Assembly (NCBI GenBank): GCA_021372315.1
Contig: JAJFUT010000073.1
Span: forward strand, 29,677-93,676
Direction of reading: 5' to 3'
Length of the DNA stretch: 64,000 nucleotides
From: Methanobacteriota archaeon
GTDB taxonomy: Archaea > Thermoplasmatota > Thermoplasmata > Methanomassiliicoccales > UBA472
Below, in pieces: positions 25,606 through 36,020 of the stretch; the stretch's first letter is position 1; every line of letters begins with the position of its first letter. The notes beneath the pieces were generated by a model, which saw nothing but the letters and a program-made list of their open reading frames with translations, did not search any database and was not told where the DNA came from. Position numbers and translations under genes: made by a program.

Positions 25606-27558
25606 TCAATCGAGCTTCGGCTTCGCCAAAGCTATTGCCCTCACATCGACCCAGTTGACGAACTTCATCTCCCTGCCATACCCGTCGGCGAACTTCTTCT
25701 CGATGACGTCGACCTTGACCCTGACGTCCTCGACGCCCGCGCGGGTTATCCTGTCCCTGACCGTCGACGAGGTCAGTGACCTTGCCGCGTTTATCGCCTC
25801 TCCGAGCTGCGAGTACTGCGAAGGGGACGACATCGGGCTGAAGACGAGGAACTTGTCGTCCCTCACGTAGACCTGCGCCGAGAACAGCTCCGAGACCTCG
25901 CTGCAGACCGCCCCCACAGCGTTGCCTACCTCGTGGTTCTCCGGGACGATGACCTTGCCGTCGATCCTGTCCTGGAGCGGGAGAATGAACTCCTTCGCTG
26001 GGGCGCCTATCCCGACTATCGTCTTGCCTGGCGACATCCTCATGCCGAACCCGCCCAGCTTCTCGTGCCCCGTCGTCCCCCTCAGAAGTTTCTTGAACGC
26101 CTGGTCGTCCCCGACCTTGACGCCGCTGTCGATCAGACCCTTCTTTAGCAGCTCCTCGCCGACCCTCGTGATCATGAGCTTCATTATCATATGCGCCAGA
26201 ACGTCGGCGTCCTCTCCCATGCGGTCCCCGAACATCTTCATTCCCATGTTCGATGCCTCGACGTCCCCGCTCCTGAAGATCCCCAAGTGATGTAGCGCAT
26301 CTGTTGGCGTGAGGCCGGTCCTCATCAGCAGACCCCTGAGCCTCATGCTTTCCAGGAAGGTGCTAGTGACGACGGCCTTGCCCTCCAGCCCCGTGATCAT
26401 CTCTGCCCAGGTGCACGGGGCGTTCGCATGTACGAAATCGTAGAGCAGCCTCTCCTTGGGCGTGAGCCTCGACATGTCGTTCCTGACGGCGGTGAACATC
26501 TCCAGGTCCTTGGTCGCCTCGAGCCTCTCCTTGAAGTTGGGGTACCTCACCGATGCGATCGCGAGCGGCATCACCTTCTCCGGTCCGACAACCAGGCCAT
26601 AGTCCTTGTCCAGCCTGATTATCGAATCCCCGCCAAGTCCACTGGTCCAGATATCTATCCCTTTGACCCTCGTGCGCCAGTTCCCGACCATCGCCCCGTC
26701 CATGTTGAGCCGGGGGAAGCCTTCGTCGAGGCACGCTATGTCGGTCGACGTCCCGCCCATGTCCACGACCCAGCAATCGTCCTCGCCAGAGAGCACCTTG
26801 CCCCCCATCAGGCTCGCGGCCGGTCCCGACAGGACCATCTCCACGGGCATCTCCCTGGCCGTGGCTATGCTCATGAGGCCCCCGTCGCCCTTGAAGACGA
26901 ATATCCTTCCGTTGATGTCCCTGGCCTTCATCGATTTCTCGATGCCGTCCAGGAAGTCGTTGATGATCGGCAGGAGCTTCGCGTTGAGGATCGCGGTGAC
27001 GGTCCTCTCCATTATCCCAAGCTCCGACGTGAACGACTGTCCCATGATGACCGGGACCTTCTTCCTCTTCCTCACGGCGTCCCTGACGAATATCTCCTGA
27101 TAGCCGTTGCAGACGCTGAACATGCCCGATACGACGACAGCGTCGACGTCGGTGCCGACGTCATCGATGGCGTCCTCCAGCTCTTTCTCGTCGATGGAGA
27201 CGTTCACATGGCCGACCGAGTCGCATCCGCCCTTGATGAACCTGGACTTGTTGTAGGGCAGGTTCCACTCAGGGTCCGGCTTCCAGCCCATGCCTATGAG
27301 GCCGACATGACCGCCCTTCCCCTGGAGGATCGAGTTCGTCGCCAAGGTGGTGGATATCCCGACAAGCTTGATGTCCGTTCTGTCAATGGAACGGCCGGCC
27401 AGCGCAGCGTCCACGGCGGACAGTATCCCTATCGACAGGTCGTCATAGGTCGTCGGGCTCTTCGCCTTAGAGATTATCCTCCTGGTGTCGAGTTCCACGA
27501 TGACGACATCTGTGTAGGTACCACCGTTATCGATGCCCAGTCCAAGCTTCACGGCCAT
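25606..27558 (-). CDS. Hydantoinase/oxoprolinase family protein (HyuA-like)
   Basis: LGLGIDNGGTYTDVVIVE (ASKHA phosphate-1 motif), CWVVDMGGTSTDIA, SGPAASLMGG. Length is about 650 aa. No B-subunit gene is adjacent. Confidence 0.8.
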   Translation of the reverse strand: MAVKLGLGIDNGGTYTDVVIVELDTRRIISKAKSPTTYDDLSIGILSAVDAALAGRSIDRTDIKLVGISTTLATNSILQGKGGHVGLIGMGWKPDPEWNLPYNKSRFIKGGCDSVGHVNVSIDEKELEDAIDDVGTDVDAVVVSGMFSVCNGYQEIFVRDAVRKRKKVPVIMGQSFTSELGIMERTVTAILNAKLLPIINDFLDGIEKSMKARDINGRIFVFKGDGGLMSIATAREMPVEMVLSGPAASLMGGKVLSGEDDCWVVDMGGTSTDIACLDEGFPRLNMDGAMVGNWRTRVKGIDIWTSGLGGDSIIRLDKDYGLVVGPEKVMPLAIASVRYPNFKERLEATKDLEMFTAVRNDMSRLTPKERLLYDFVHANAPCTWAEMITGLEGKAVVTSTFLESMRLRGLLMRTGLTPTDALHHLGIFRSGDVEASNMGMKMFGDRMGEDADVLAHMIMKLMITRVGEELLKKGLIDSGVKVGDDQAFKKLLRGTTGHEKLGGFGMRMSPGKTIVGIGAPAKEFILPLQDRIDGKVIVPENHEVGNAVGAVCSEVSELFSAQVYVRDDKFLVFSPMSSPSQYSQLGEAINAARSLTSSTVRDRITRAGVEDVRVKVDVIEKKFADGYGREMKFVNWVDVRAIALAKPKLD

Positions 27559-27686
27559 GGCCCTCTAACCATGATACCATGAAAATAAACCTTTCGATAT
27601 TTCAATGGAAGATCGATCGATCGACTGGTATATATCATAAAACAGAATAAAAAATGACGACAGATATGAAATGGTTTGCGCGAACC

Positions 27687-28910
27687 TCACATCCGGGCGA
27701 GGTCCACCTTTTCCAGCGTCGCGTCTATCTCCTCCTTCAACGCCGGAGGCAATCCCCTGATGCCGACGTCCAGGAATCCCTTGACGATGATGCCTACGGC
27801 CTCCTCCTCTGTGAGCCCGCGGGACATCAGGTACTCGATCTGGTCCTGAGCGATCTTTCCTACGGCGGCCTCGTGCGTCATCTCGACCTCGGGCACGCGG
27901 GCGTCCAGCTCCGGTATTGCGATCTGGATGCCTTTGTTGGAGAGGATGAGCCCTTTGCACTCCAGATGCCCCTTCACGTCCTTGGCCGCCCCGACCATCA
28001 GCCCCCTGGCGATCATCTTTCCGCCGGTGGTGATGGTCCTGGAGACGATCTCCGCCTTGCATCCCGGGGCGTTCATCATGACCTTCGAGCCCAGGTCCAT
28101 CTCGCTTCCCGGATGGGCTATCGCCACCGTGTTGAAGACGCAGACGCCGTTAGGTCCGTTCATGTTCGCGGTCGGGTACGCCTGGATCGTCTTGACAGGC
28201 TTCAGTGCGATGTAGTTATTGATGTACACCGCCCCTTCGTCCATCTCCACGACGGTCCTGGGACGGACGCCAATGTTCTCGGCCCAGTTGTGTATCATGG
28301 TGAACGTGAGCTTAGCGTTCTTCTTCAGGTAGAACTCGGAGATGCCGAGATGCAACGCCTCGTCGACATGCTTGCTGGTGCTGCAGCCAGTGATGACCTC
28401 GAGCTCCGCCCCCTCTTCAATGATTATGATGTTGTGAACGGTCTGGGCCACGTCCTGCGATTTCAGCATCAGGCACGTCTGGACCGGCAGCTTGACCTTC
28501 TGTCCAGGGAGCGCGTGGATGAAATAACCGTCCGCCTCCTCGATGAACGTCCTCGCCGTATACTTGTCGGCGTCGGCCTTGACGGCCTTCCAGTTATACT
28601 CCTGAAGCCAGTCGTGGACCTTCAACGCCTTCTGCAATGACATGACCTCGACGCCCGTCCCGAGCTGCTTCTCGTGGACGACCGAGTTGTCCATGAGGAC
28701 GAACGAACCTGACCTTCCCTCGTCCGATGGGACGACCCCGACGTTCAGGAGGGTCTTCTGGTCCTCCTCCTTCAGCTCGCGCAGGTCCTTTGTCTCCCCG
28801 ATGTCCTTCCTGCCGATCCCGAACTTGTCGAGATCGATGTCCTGGCCATAGGCGGCCTTCTTATGCTTCGCCAGCTCCGCCTTCTTTTTTATCTCGGAAT
28901 CGACGGCCAT
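27687..28910 (-). CDS. sufB: Fe-S cluster assembly scaffold SufB
   Basis: C-terminal HEAAVGKIAQDQIEYLMSRGLTEEEA and a beta-helix region typical of SufB/D. The ATG at 28910 lies 1 nt after the sufC stop. The longer ORF to 29057 overlaps sufC. Confidence 0.9.
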   Translation of the reverse strand: MAVDSEIKKKAELAKHKKAAYGQDIDLDKFGIGRKDIGETKDLRELKEEDQKTLLNVGVVPSDEGRSGSFVLMDNSVVHEKQLGTGVEVMSLQKALKVHDWLQEYNWKAVKADADKYTARTFIEEADGYFIHALPGQKVKLPVQTCLMLKSQDVAQTVHNIIIIEEGAELEVITGCSTSKHVDEALHLGISEFYLKKNAKLTFTMIHNWAENIGVRPRTVVEMDEGAVYINNYIALKPVKTIQAYPTANMNGPNGVCVFNTVAIAHPGSEMDLGSKVMMNAPGCKAEIVSRTITTGGKMIARGLMVGAAKDVKGHLECKGLILSNKGIQIAIPELDARVPEVEMTHEAAVGKIAQDQIEYLMSRGLTEEEAVGIIVKGFLDVGIRGLPPALKEEIDATLEKVDLARM

Positions 28911-28911
28911 A

Positions 28912-29688
28912 TCAGTTCGCCCCCTCTTCCTTGACCTTGACGAGCGTCTTCTTCCCGATGTTGCAGCTGATGCACTCATCGTATCCCTTCGTTCGGATCT
29001 CGTGGAGAAGTTCGCGTGGATTGCCAGTGCACGCGACGGTGCCTTTGCACATGACATAACCGCGGTCCGCGTTGACGTAATCCAGGATCTGACCCGTATG
29101 GGTGATCACGAGCGCCCCCTTTCCGACCGCGCCGCTCTTGCCTGCGCAGGACGTTCCGCGAATGAGCTCATGCACCTTCTTCCCGACCTTCTCGATGGAC
29201 ACGATGTCCACTCCCGATTCCGGTTCGTCCAGCATGACGAAGCAGGGGTTCTGGGCCGCGAGCTGCAATAGCTCGGAGCGCTTGATCTCCCCTCCGCTGA
29301 AACCGACGTTGACGTCCCTGGTGAGGAATCCAGTCAGGTTCAGGTCCTCCGCCAGGTCCTCGGCCTTGACCCGACCCTTGCTCATGATCTTGACCAGATT
29401 TCCAAGCTGGACGCCTACGAGGTTCGGAGGCCTCTGCATCATCAGCCCGATGCCCGTCTGCGCACGCTCAGAGACCGACTTGTTCGTGATGTCCTCGCCG
29501 TTGAAGATTATCCTTCCCTTGGTCACCTTGTAGCCGCTGAATCCCATTATGGTCATCAGCAAGGTCGACTTGCCGGAACCGTTCGGTCCGAAAAGGACGT
29601 TAGTGTATCCTGACATGACCGATATGTTGATGTCGTGGAGGACTTCCCTTCCACCGACCTCGACCGAAAGATCCTGTATCTCCAGCAT
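28912..29688 (-). CDS. sufC: Fe-S cluster assembly ATPase SufC
   Basis: MLEIQDLSVEVGG...GPNGSGKSTL...GFSGGEIKRSELLQL...VMLDEPESGVD. GGTGAT SD before the ATG at 29688; the ORF extends to 29721. Confidence 0.9.
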   Translation of the reverse strand: MLEIQDLSVEVGGREVLHDINISVMSGYTNVLFGPNGSGKSTLLMTIMGFSGYKVTKGRIIFNGEDITNKSVSERAQTGIGLMMQRPPNLVGVQLGNLVKIMSKGRVKAEDLAEDLNLTGFLTRDVNVGFSGGEIKRSELLQLAAQNPCFVMLDEPESGVDIVSIEKVGKKVHELIRGTSCAGKSGAVGKGALVITHTGQILDYVNADRGYVMCKGTVACTGNPRELLHEIRTKGYDECISCNIGKKTLVKVKEEGAN

Positions 29689-29805
29689 TAAATCACCGTT
29701 CCACGATTCTAAAGAGGCCATTTAATTTTATCGTCCGCTCAATGCCCTTACGACGATGCAATATCTAATTAATTCGGACGAGATAAGGTTCTGGAGCGGG
29801 CAAAG

Positions 29806-30852
29806 ATGATTGAGACCGACGTTCTGATCATAGGGGGAGGGGTCGCCGGAATGACTGTGGCATCGGAGCTGGCGGAAGAGGGTCTGAACACCGTCATCGT
29901 TGAGAAGGGGCCAGCTCTCGGAGGCAGATTGCCGTCGATATCTCACGTCTTCCCGACGATGGAACACGGACGGGAGATCTCTTCGAAGATGACGGGCTGG
30001 ATATCGATTCTAACGGGGTCCGGGAAGCTTGTCGCACAGCTAGCATCGATCGTCGATAAGGTCACCAAGGACAACGATCTCTTCGTCTCCGAGGTCCTCA
30101 AGGAGGACGGGAGCAGGGATGGCGTGAGGTCGAAGGCCGTCGTCATGGCAACAGGCCTGGAGCCGATCGACGCATCGATCATTCCCGAGTTCGGGCTCGG
30201 GGCTCACAAGGACGTCATAACGTCTGTGCAACTGGAAGAGATGCTCTCATCCGGCAGCGGAGTTCATCGCCCTTCCAACGGAGCCGTCCCCAGGACGATC
30301 ACCTTCGTCCAATGCGTCGGTTCCCGCGTCGAGAGGAGGGGCGTCCGATACTGCAGCAACGTCTGCTGCCTGAACGCTATTAAGAACGCCTCGCTTTTGA
30401 GGGACCTATCGCCAGACACACGCTCGTACATTCTTTACATCGACATCAGGTCTCACGGGAAAGGCTATGAGGACGCTTACAAGGAGGCGAGACGAAGGGG
30501 CGTAACGTTCATCAGGGGGCAGCCCTCGCTCGTCCTCGACAAGGAAGGGAAGCTGCTGGTCTGCGGCGAGAACACTCTGCTCAAGGAGCTCTACGAGATC
30601 GAATCCGAGCTGGTCGTCCTGAGCGTCGGGTTGCGCACGCCGGAGACGAACCAGATGATGTTCGGGGCCGCAGGCATCGACATGAGCAAGGACGGGTTGC
30701 CCGTCTGTGAGAACGAACTTTTGCTTGCTGAAAGCTCGAAGATGAAAGGGGTGTTCTTCGCAGGTTCGGTCGAGGCGCCCAAGGACATAAGGGACACCGT
30801 CCTGCATTCAAAGGCATGCGCTCTGGCCGTCACAAAATATCTGAAGGGCTGA
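29806..30852 (+). CDS. HdrA-like FAD-dependent oxidoreductase (thioredoxin-reductase-like core only)
   Basis: DVLIIGGGVAGMTVASELAEEG...VEKGPALGG (FAD motif), FVQCVGSRVERRGVRYCSNVCCLNAIKNA (HdrA cluster motif), FFAGSVEAPKDIRDTV. Confidence 0.8.
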   Translation: MIETDVLIIGGGVAGMTVASELAEEGLNTVIVEKGPALGGRLPSISHVFPTMEHGREISSKMTGWISILTGSGKLVAQLASIVDKVTKDNDLFVSEVLKEDGSRDGVRSKAVVMATGLEPIDASIIPEFGLGAHKDVITSVQLEEMLSSGSGVHRPSNGAVPRTITFVQCVGSRVERRGVRYCSNVCCLNAIKNASLLRDLSPDTRSYILYIDIRSHGKGYEDAYKEARRRGVTFIRGQPSLVLDKEGKLLVCGENTLLKELYEIESELVVLSVGLRTPETNQMMFGAAGIDMSKDGLPVCENELLLAESSKMKGVFFAGSVEAPKDIRDTVLHSKACALAVTKYLKG

Positions 30853-30858
30853 GCTGGA

Positions 30859-31362
30859 TCATTTCGTAACTATCGTCCTTATCGTGACCCCGGTGTCTCT
30901 CTTCCCTTCCCCTTCCCCTACCTTATGAGCTTCGACCGCTGGTCTGGGTGCGTCCTCGATCACGCCGAGCCTGTTCCCGAAAGGGTCCAGGAAGACGATC
31001 AGTAACCCTCCCCAGGACTGCTTCTTCGGTTTCACCACGAATACGACGCCCTCGTCGACGAGACGCCTATGCACCTCGAATATGCTCTCGGTGGCGAACA
31101 TGATGCCGGTATCGATACCGGGCATCCTCTCCTCCCCCTCCTTCGGCACGTAAAGGGCGATCCTTGCGTCCTGTCCGATCATGCCCATCTCTATCCAATT
31201 GTCCGCCCTGCGGTCATAGAGGATGTCCAGACCGAGCGCGGAGCGGTACCAGTCAGCCGCCTCTTCAAGGTCCGTGACCGGAACGGTCGCCATCCAGATC
31301 CGCTTCAGCCGCCCCCTTCCGAGGTCGTACGCATCTCCTCCCATTGGATCGCCGATAGGCAT
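30859..31362 (-). CDS. VOC/glyoxalase-family protein
   Basis: VPVTDLEEAADWYRSALGLDI...FLDPFGNRLGVIED shows the glyoxalase-fold motifs. Start uncertain; the ORF extends to 31440. Confidence 0.65.
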   Translation of the reverse strand: MPIGDPMGGDAYDLGRGRLKRIWMATVPVTDLEEAADWYRSALGLDILYDRRADNWIEMGMIGQDARIALYVPKEGEERMPGIDTGIMFATESIFEVHRRLVDEGVVFVVKPKKQSWGGLLIVFLDPFGNRLGVIEDAPRPAVEAHKVGEGEGKRDTGVTIRTIVTK

Positions 31363-31565
31363 GCCACATCGAACGCATAGGAAGGTATAATACCGTTTCC
31401 AGGACGGTTGGGACATGCGGCGGTCACAGGCAGCTAACATGTTCGGTGATCATTTGAAAATGTTTTCCGAGCCAGATTCGCGCGATGATCAAATTGCTGT
31501 ACATTTTTACAAAACCGGTCCCATTTCGGAAACATTCATCTAAACAGACCAATCTCTATCATATC

Positions 31566-32483
31566 ATGCCGGCGCTCGAAGTTCGAAATCTCAAGAAGAG
31601 TTTCGGTGATGTCCAAGCAGTGAAGGACATCTCGTTCTCCGTGGAACCGAAGGAGTTCTTCGGTCTCTTGGGACCGAATGGTGCTGGAAAGACAACTTCG
31701 ATCCGTATGATAACAGGCGTCCTAAACCCGGATGCGGGCTCTGTGATCATCGAGGGCACCGATCTAAAAAAGAACTTCTTGGAAGCGAAAATGAAGATGG
31801 GGGTCATCCCGGAGGTAGGCAATATCTACCCCGACCTGAGCGCCAGGGAGAACATCGATCTGGTAGGACGGTTCTATGGCCTTTCTAAAGCGACCAGAGA
31901 GGACCGGGCAGATAAATTGCTCACGGACCTTGGATTGAAGGAACGGGCAGATGACCTCACCCGCAAGTTCTCGAAAGGGATGAGGCAGAGGGTGAGCATC
32001 GCCTGCGCCATGGTACATGAGCCGCCTATCCTCATCCTCGATGAACCGACCGAGGGATTGGACGTGATGAGCCGCCGTCTGATCGTCGACAAGGTCAAGG
32101 AGATGAACCGGAAAGGTTCCACGGTCATCCTCACCACGCACAACATCGAGGAGGCGAGCCGCCTATGCCAAAGGGTGTGCATAGTGAACAAGGGCAGCAT
32201 CGTTGCGATCGACACTCCGGACCGTCTCCGGAAGACGACGGAAATGATGCAGATGGTCGAGGTCGCATTCGACCGGAAGGTCGAACAGGCATGGTTCCTT
32301 ACAGGGTACATCAGCCGTGCGGAGCTATGCAACGATAAATGGCGCTTCTATGCCGACGACCTGGACAAGGCCATCGAACAGATAGTGAAGGTCAAGGAAG
32401 AGCAAGGTGTGAAGATCCTCTCCATGAGCACCTCAGGACCTACGCTCGAGGACGTTTTCGTAAAACTATGCGAGGTGCACTGA
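31566..32483 (+). CDS. ABC transporter ATP-binding protein (ABC-2/DrrA type)
   Basis: LEVRNLKKSFG...GLLGPNGAGKTT...FSKGMRQRVSIA...LILDEPTEGLD. The ORF opens at 31485; the conserved start is MPALEV at 31566. Confidence 0.9.
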   Translation: MPALEVRNLKKSFGDVQAVKDISFSVEPKEFFGLLGPNGAGKTTSIRMITGVLNPDAGSVIIEGTDLKKNFLEAKMKMGVIPEVGNIYPDLSARENIDLVGRFYGLSKATREDRADKLLTDLGLKERADDLTRKFSKGMRQRVSIACAMVHEPPILILDEPTEGLDVMSRRLIVDKVKEMNRKGSTVILTTHNIEEASRLCQRVCIVNKGSIVAIDTPDRLRKTTEMMQMVEVAFDRKVEQAWFLTGYISRAELCNDKWRFYADDLDKAIEQIVKVKEEQGVKILSMSTSGPTLEDVFVKLCEVH

Positions 32484-33229
32484 TGAACTGGAACGTGTAT
32501 CTGCGCGGCATATCCGTTGTGGCGCGCAAGGATATGCGCATCTACTATCGCAAGGCCCCGGTCTTCATCTTCGGCCTCATCCTACCTACGTTCCTGTTCT
32601 TAGCGTTCTTCGTCGGACGGGAGCTGGACATCAATAAGTACTTCCCCGGGTTCTTGGCCATGTCCCTCTTCTTCACCTCGTCCTCTGTGGGGCCGCTCAT
32701 CGTGCCCTGGGAAAAGCAGCAGGGCACCTTCGAACGATTGCTGACCTATCCGTTGAGCATAAGCAGCATCGTGCTCGGGGATTGCATAGCAGGAGCTGTC
32801 TTCGGTCTGCTCATAAGCGTCATCGTTGGAACGTTCGGGATATTGCTGATCCCGATCACGGTCACCGATATCGCCCTGATCATCCTGGCCTTCGCCCTTG
32901 GGAACCTATGCTTCTCGGGACTAGGCGTTCTCCTGTCTTCCCCGGGAGGGAAGGCTCCGGCCAACATCATGATGCTGGCCGCGTTGGTGCGGTTCCCTCT
33001 GATATTCGTATCAGGGATATTCATACCCGTGAGCGAGATGACCGGTGCGGCCAGATATATCACGTATGGCTCGCCTCTCACCTATCTGGTGGACCTGCTG
33101 AACCATAGCATGGGCCAGGACTACGTTTTCGATTGGTGGGCGGACCTGCTGGTGCTGACCGGGTTCACGGTACTGTTCGTGACCGTCGCCATGTCGGTGC
33201 TGAGGCGCATGAGCTTGAAGGGACTGTGA
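32483..33229 (+). CDS. ABC-2 type transporter permease
   Basis: Six hydrophobic segments. The ATG overlaps the ATPase stop (TGATG). The N-terminal 48 aa of track ORF 32339.. lie inside the ATPase gene and are rejected. Confidence 0.85.
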   Translation: MNWNVYLRGISVVARKDMRIYYRKAPVFIFGLILPTFLFLAFFVGRELDINKYFPGFLAMSLFFTSSSVGPLIVPWEKQQGTFERLLTYPLSISSIVLGDCIAGAVFGLLISVIVGTFGILLIPITVTDIALIILAFALGNLCFSGLGVLLSSPGGKAPANIMMLAALVRFPLIFVSGIFIPVSEMTGAARYITYGSPLTYLVDLLNHSMGQDYVFDWWADLLVLTGFTVLFVTVAMSVLRRMSLKGL

Positions 33230-33482
33230 AACGCGGACCGAGCGCTCCTGAAGATCACCTCATCGACATAAATGATACGATCGAGATCTGTTGCTGGCCT
33301 TTCATATTCGCGATGGGGCCGTTCATGTCGGAAAGGAATATACATGACCAAGGCCTTATCTGATCTAAGGACCGAATGGTCCTGGTATCATCGGATTGAT
33401 AGGTACGACAGCCAGACATAAGAGCGAAAAAGGACGATGAACGCCAATTCCACTTCCTACGTTTTAATCACGAGGGGTCAGA

Positions 33483-34145
33483 ATGCAAGACGAATCCGAT
33501 CAGCAGAAACAATGGGACAAGACGTATGCCAGCGCGAACGATTTCTTTGGGACCGACCCGAGCGAGCTGGCCGTCAGCGCCCTGCCAGCATTCAAAGACA
33601 ATAAGGTAAGGAACATATTGGAACTCGGTTGCGGGCAGGGTCGCGACACGTGGTTCTTCGCCAAGAACGGCTTTGAGATGACCGCGCTCGACTATTCCGA
33701 GGCAGGCATCTGCCAGATGAAGGAAAAGGCGAAGGGCCAAGGGGCCAAGGTCTCTTTGAAGGTCCATGATGCCCGAGATCCTTTGCCATTCCCAGACGAT
33801 TCGTTCGATGCGATATACTCGCACATGTTCTTCACGATGGAGTTCACCGAGGAAGAGGTCGCCAAAATGTTGGCAGAGTGCCAACGCGTGCTTCGGCCCG
33901 GGGGCATCAACATCTATTCGGTCAGGAACGACCACGACCCTCACTACGGCAAGTTCATTGCCAAAGGGAAGGACATGTGGCAGAATCCGATGGGGTTCGT
34001 CGTCCATTTCTTCACCGAGGAGATGATAAGAAGATTGGCAAAGGGATACGAACTGATGTGGATCAAGGAGTTCGAGGACCGCTCCCCGCCCTTCGTGAAG
34101 AAGCTATATGAGGTCGCATTGAGAAAGCCAAGCGAGGCCTTATAG
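33483..34145 (+). CDS. Class I SAM-dependent methyltransferase
   Basis: ILELGCGQGRDTWFFAKNGFEMTALDYS (motif I / post-I), LRPGGINIYS. Confidence 0.85.
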   Translation: MQDESDQQKQWDKTYASANDFFGTDPSELAVSALPAFKDNKVRNILELGCGQGRDTWFFAKNGFEMTALDYSEAGICQMKEKAKGQGAKVSLKVHDARDPLPFPDDSFDAIYSHMFFTMEFTEEEVAKMLAECQRVLRPGGINIYSVRNDHDPHYGKFIAKGKDMWQNPMGFVVHFFTEEMIRRLAKGYELMWIKEFEDRSPPFVKKLYEVALRKPSEAL

Positions 34146-34150
34146 GAACA

Positions 34151-34339
34151 ATGAGGAGGCCAGGCATGAAAGAATGTCAATTATGTCACACACAGAACCA
34201 AGAAGGTGTCGCCAGGTGCGTCAAATGCGGAAGGCCCCTGCTCTTCGGGCAAGTATCTCAGAGGCCGTGCCCCTCGTGCGGCCGCGGCAATCCAAACGAT
34301 ACGAAGACCTGCGTTTACTGTAAAGCGCCCTTAGGTTAA
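34151..34339 (+). CDS. Double zinc-ribbon small protein
   Basis: CQLC..x11..CVKC and CPSC..x11..CVYC make two CxxC pairs each. Starts 5 nt after the methyltransferase. Confidence 0.6.
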   Translation: MRRPGMKECQLCHTQNQEGVARCVKCGRPLLFGQVSQRPCPSCGRGNPNDTKTCVYCKAPLG

Positions 34340-34353
34340 GACCCTTCGGCCTC

Positions 34354-35715
34354 TCATCTTCTGGCGTAGTTTGAGCAAGCGTCAACGAACGACGAGGCTA
34401 CACGTTCGTCCGTCCCGAAATGAAGATGGGTATAGGATGCCAGAACGTTCGGTGAGGCCATGCCGTCCAGGGAATCCGTGATCCCCTTGTCCTTGTCCAG
34501 GGAGTACGCGAAATCCTTTTCGCCGCATTCTGTGACGTGCGAATAATGGAAGACGTGCCCTCTCAGCGTCCTTCCCTTCTTGGTCAGGATGGTGTCCCTG
34601 AGCGCCGTCGCCTCGACATATCCGAGCGACTGCAGGCTCCCGGTCATCTCCACCTTGGCGTCGAAAAGCGAAGCCATGCCATGCTCCGCTCCCTGGAGGT
34701 CCTTCATCGATCTGCACATGTACATCAGTCCGCCGCATTCTGCGTAGACCGGCATGCCGTTCGAGGCCAGCGTTCTCAGCCTGCTCATCATTTCATGGTT
34801 CTCACCCAGACGTTCAGCGAACATCTCAGGATACCCGCCTCCGAAGTAGACACCGTCGACGTCGGGCATCGTGTCCTTCAGCGGTGATAACGGTACGATC
34901 TCGGCGCCGTTCGCCGTCAGCATGTCGAGGTTGTCCTGATAATAGAAATTGAACGCCGCGTCCTTGGCCAGACCTATCCTGCACCTCGGAGCCATGACCG
35001 GTCTGGACGCCTCCTCCTCACCGTTGAAAGGAACCGCTTGCCTGGCGATCTCGATGAGGCGATCGATGTCCAGATGTTCCTCCATCAGTTCAGCGATCCT
35101 TTCATAGCTCAACGAATTGTCCTCCTCGCCCGCCGGCACTAGACCGAGATGCCTGCTCTTCAGGCCAGCATCTTCGGCCAGGGGAAGCCCGCCGAGGCAT
35201 TCGATGCCTCTCAACGATGCCTCCAGCATGCTCAGGTGCCGCCTGCCGCCGACATTGTTGAAGATGACCCCTGCGATGTTCACGTCCGGGTCATAATCGA
35301 CGAAGCCCTTGGCGACGGCGCCGAGGCTTCGGGCCGACGCGGAGGCGTTGAGGATCAGGATCACCGGGCAATCCAGCACCTTCGACAGATGGGCGCTGCT
35401 GCCTTCCTCAGACAATCCGTCATACCCGTCATAGAAGCCCATTACGCCCTCGACGAGCGACAGATCGGCACCCTTGGAGTTCGAAACGAACGACCTCTTG
35501 ACGTGATCGGGGAACATCCAGGTGTCCAGGTTCCGCGATATCCTCGATGATACCGCATTATGATGCATGGGGTCCAGGAAGTCCGGACCCGTTTTGAACG
35601 GCTGTACGGCAAGGCCCCTGCCCCTGAAAGACGATATCAGACCGATCGTGACCGTCGATTTACCGACGCCGCTCCTCTCCCCGGCGATCATCACCCTGGG
35701 CCTGATGAACTCCAT
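34354..35715 (-). CDS. cbiA: Cobyrinate / Ni-sirohydrochlorin a,c-diamide synthase (CbiA/CfbB family)
   Basis: VMIAGERSGVGKSTVTIGL...QPFKTGPDFLDP, plus a C-terminal GATase domain with AECGGLMY. Confidence 0.85.
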   Translation of the reverse strand: MEFIRPRVMIAGERSGVGKSTVTIGLISSFRGRGLAVQPFKTGPDFLDPMHHNAVSSRISRNLDTWMFPDHVKRSFVSNSKGADLSLVEGVMGFYDGYDGLSEEGSSAHLSKVLDCPVILILNASASARSLGAVAKGFVDYDPDVNIAGVIFNNVGGRRHLSMLEASLRGIECLGGLPLAEDAGLKSRHLGLVPAGEEDNSLSYERIAELMEEHLDIDRLIEIARQAVPFNGEEEASRPVMAPRCRIGLAKDAAFNFYYQDNLDMLTANGAEIVPLSPLKDTMPDVDGVYFGGGYPEMFAERLGENHEMMSRLRTLASNGMPVYAECGGLMYMCRSMKDLQGAEHGMASLFDAKVEMTGSLQSLGYVEATALRDTILTKKGRTLRGHVFHYSHVTECGEKDFAYSLDKDKGITDSLDGMASPNVLASYTHLHFGTDERVASSFVDACSNYARR

Positions 35716-36020
35716 ACGCTTATTCCTCCGACCCTGTCATCACATCGGAAAAACCGATCGTCAGGATCGCAAGGTCCATCGACGAATGAAAAGAACACGA
35801 TACTATCTGGCGATAATCGTCGCTCATCTCGATCCCAACGAGTTGGAGATATTATCCAACTCCATACAAATAGGTATTGCATATGGGTCGGACCATACGA
35901 TCGGGTCATCTGAGAACGCGCCCTTTCATATGTTACTCATACCTGAGACGGCGATCATGGGGAGATATCATCTTTCGAAAGCCTTGGGATCATCGGCAGT
36001 TCGTACGAGGTGGATCCGGC

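Noticed and set aside
26428-28640. 384-aa and 328-aa plus-strand ORFs opposite the hydantoinase-family gene and sufB
   Set aside because: They are antisense shadows of confidently identified genes, with R/H/D/P/V-rich composition and no motifs.
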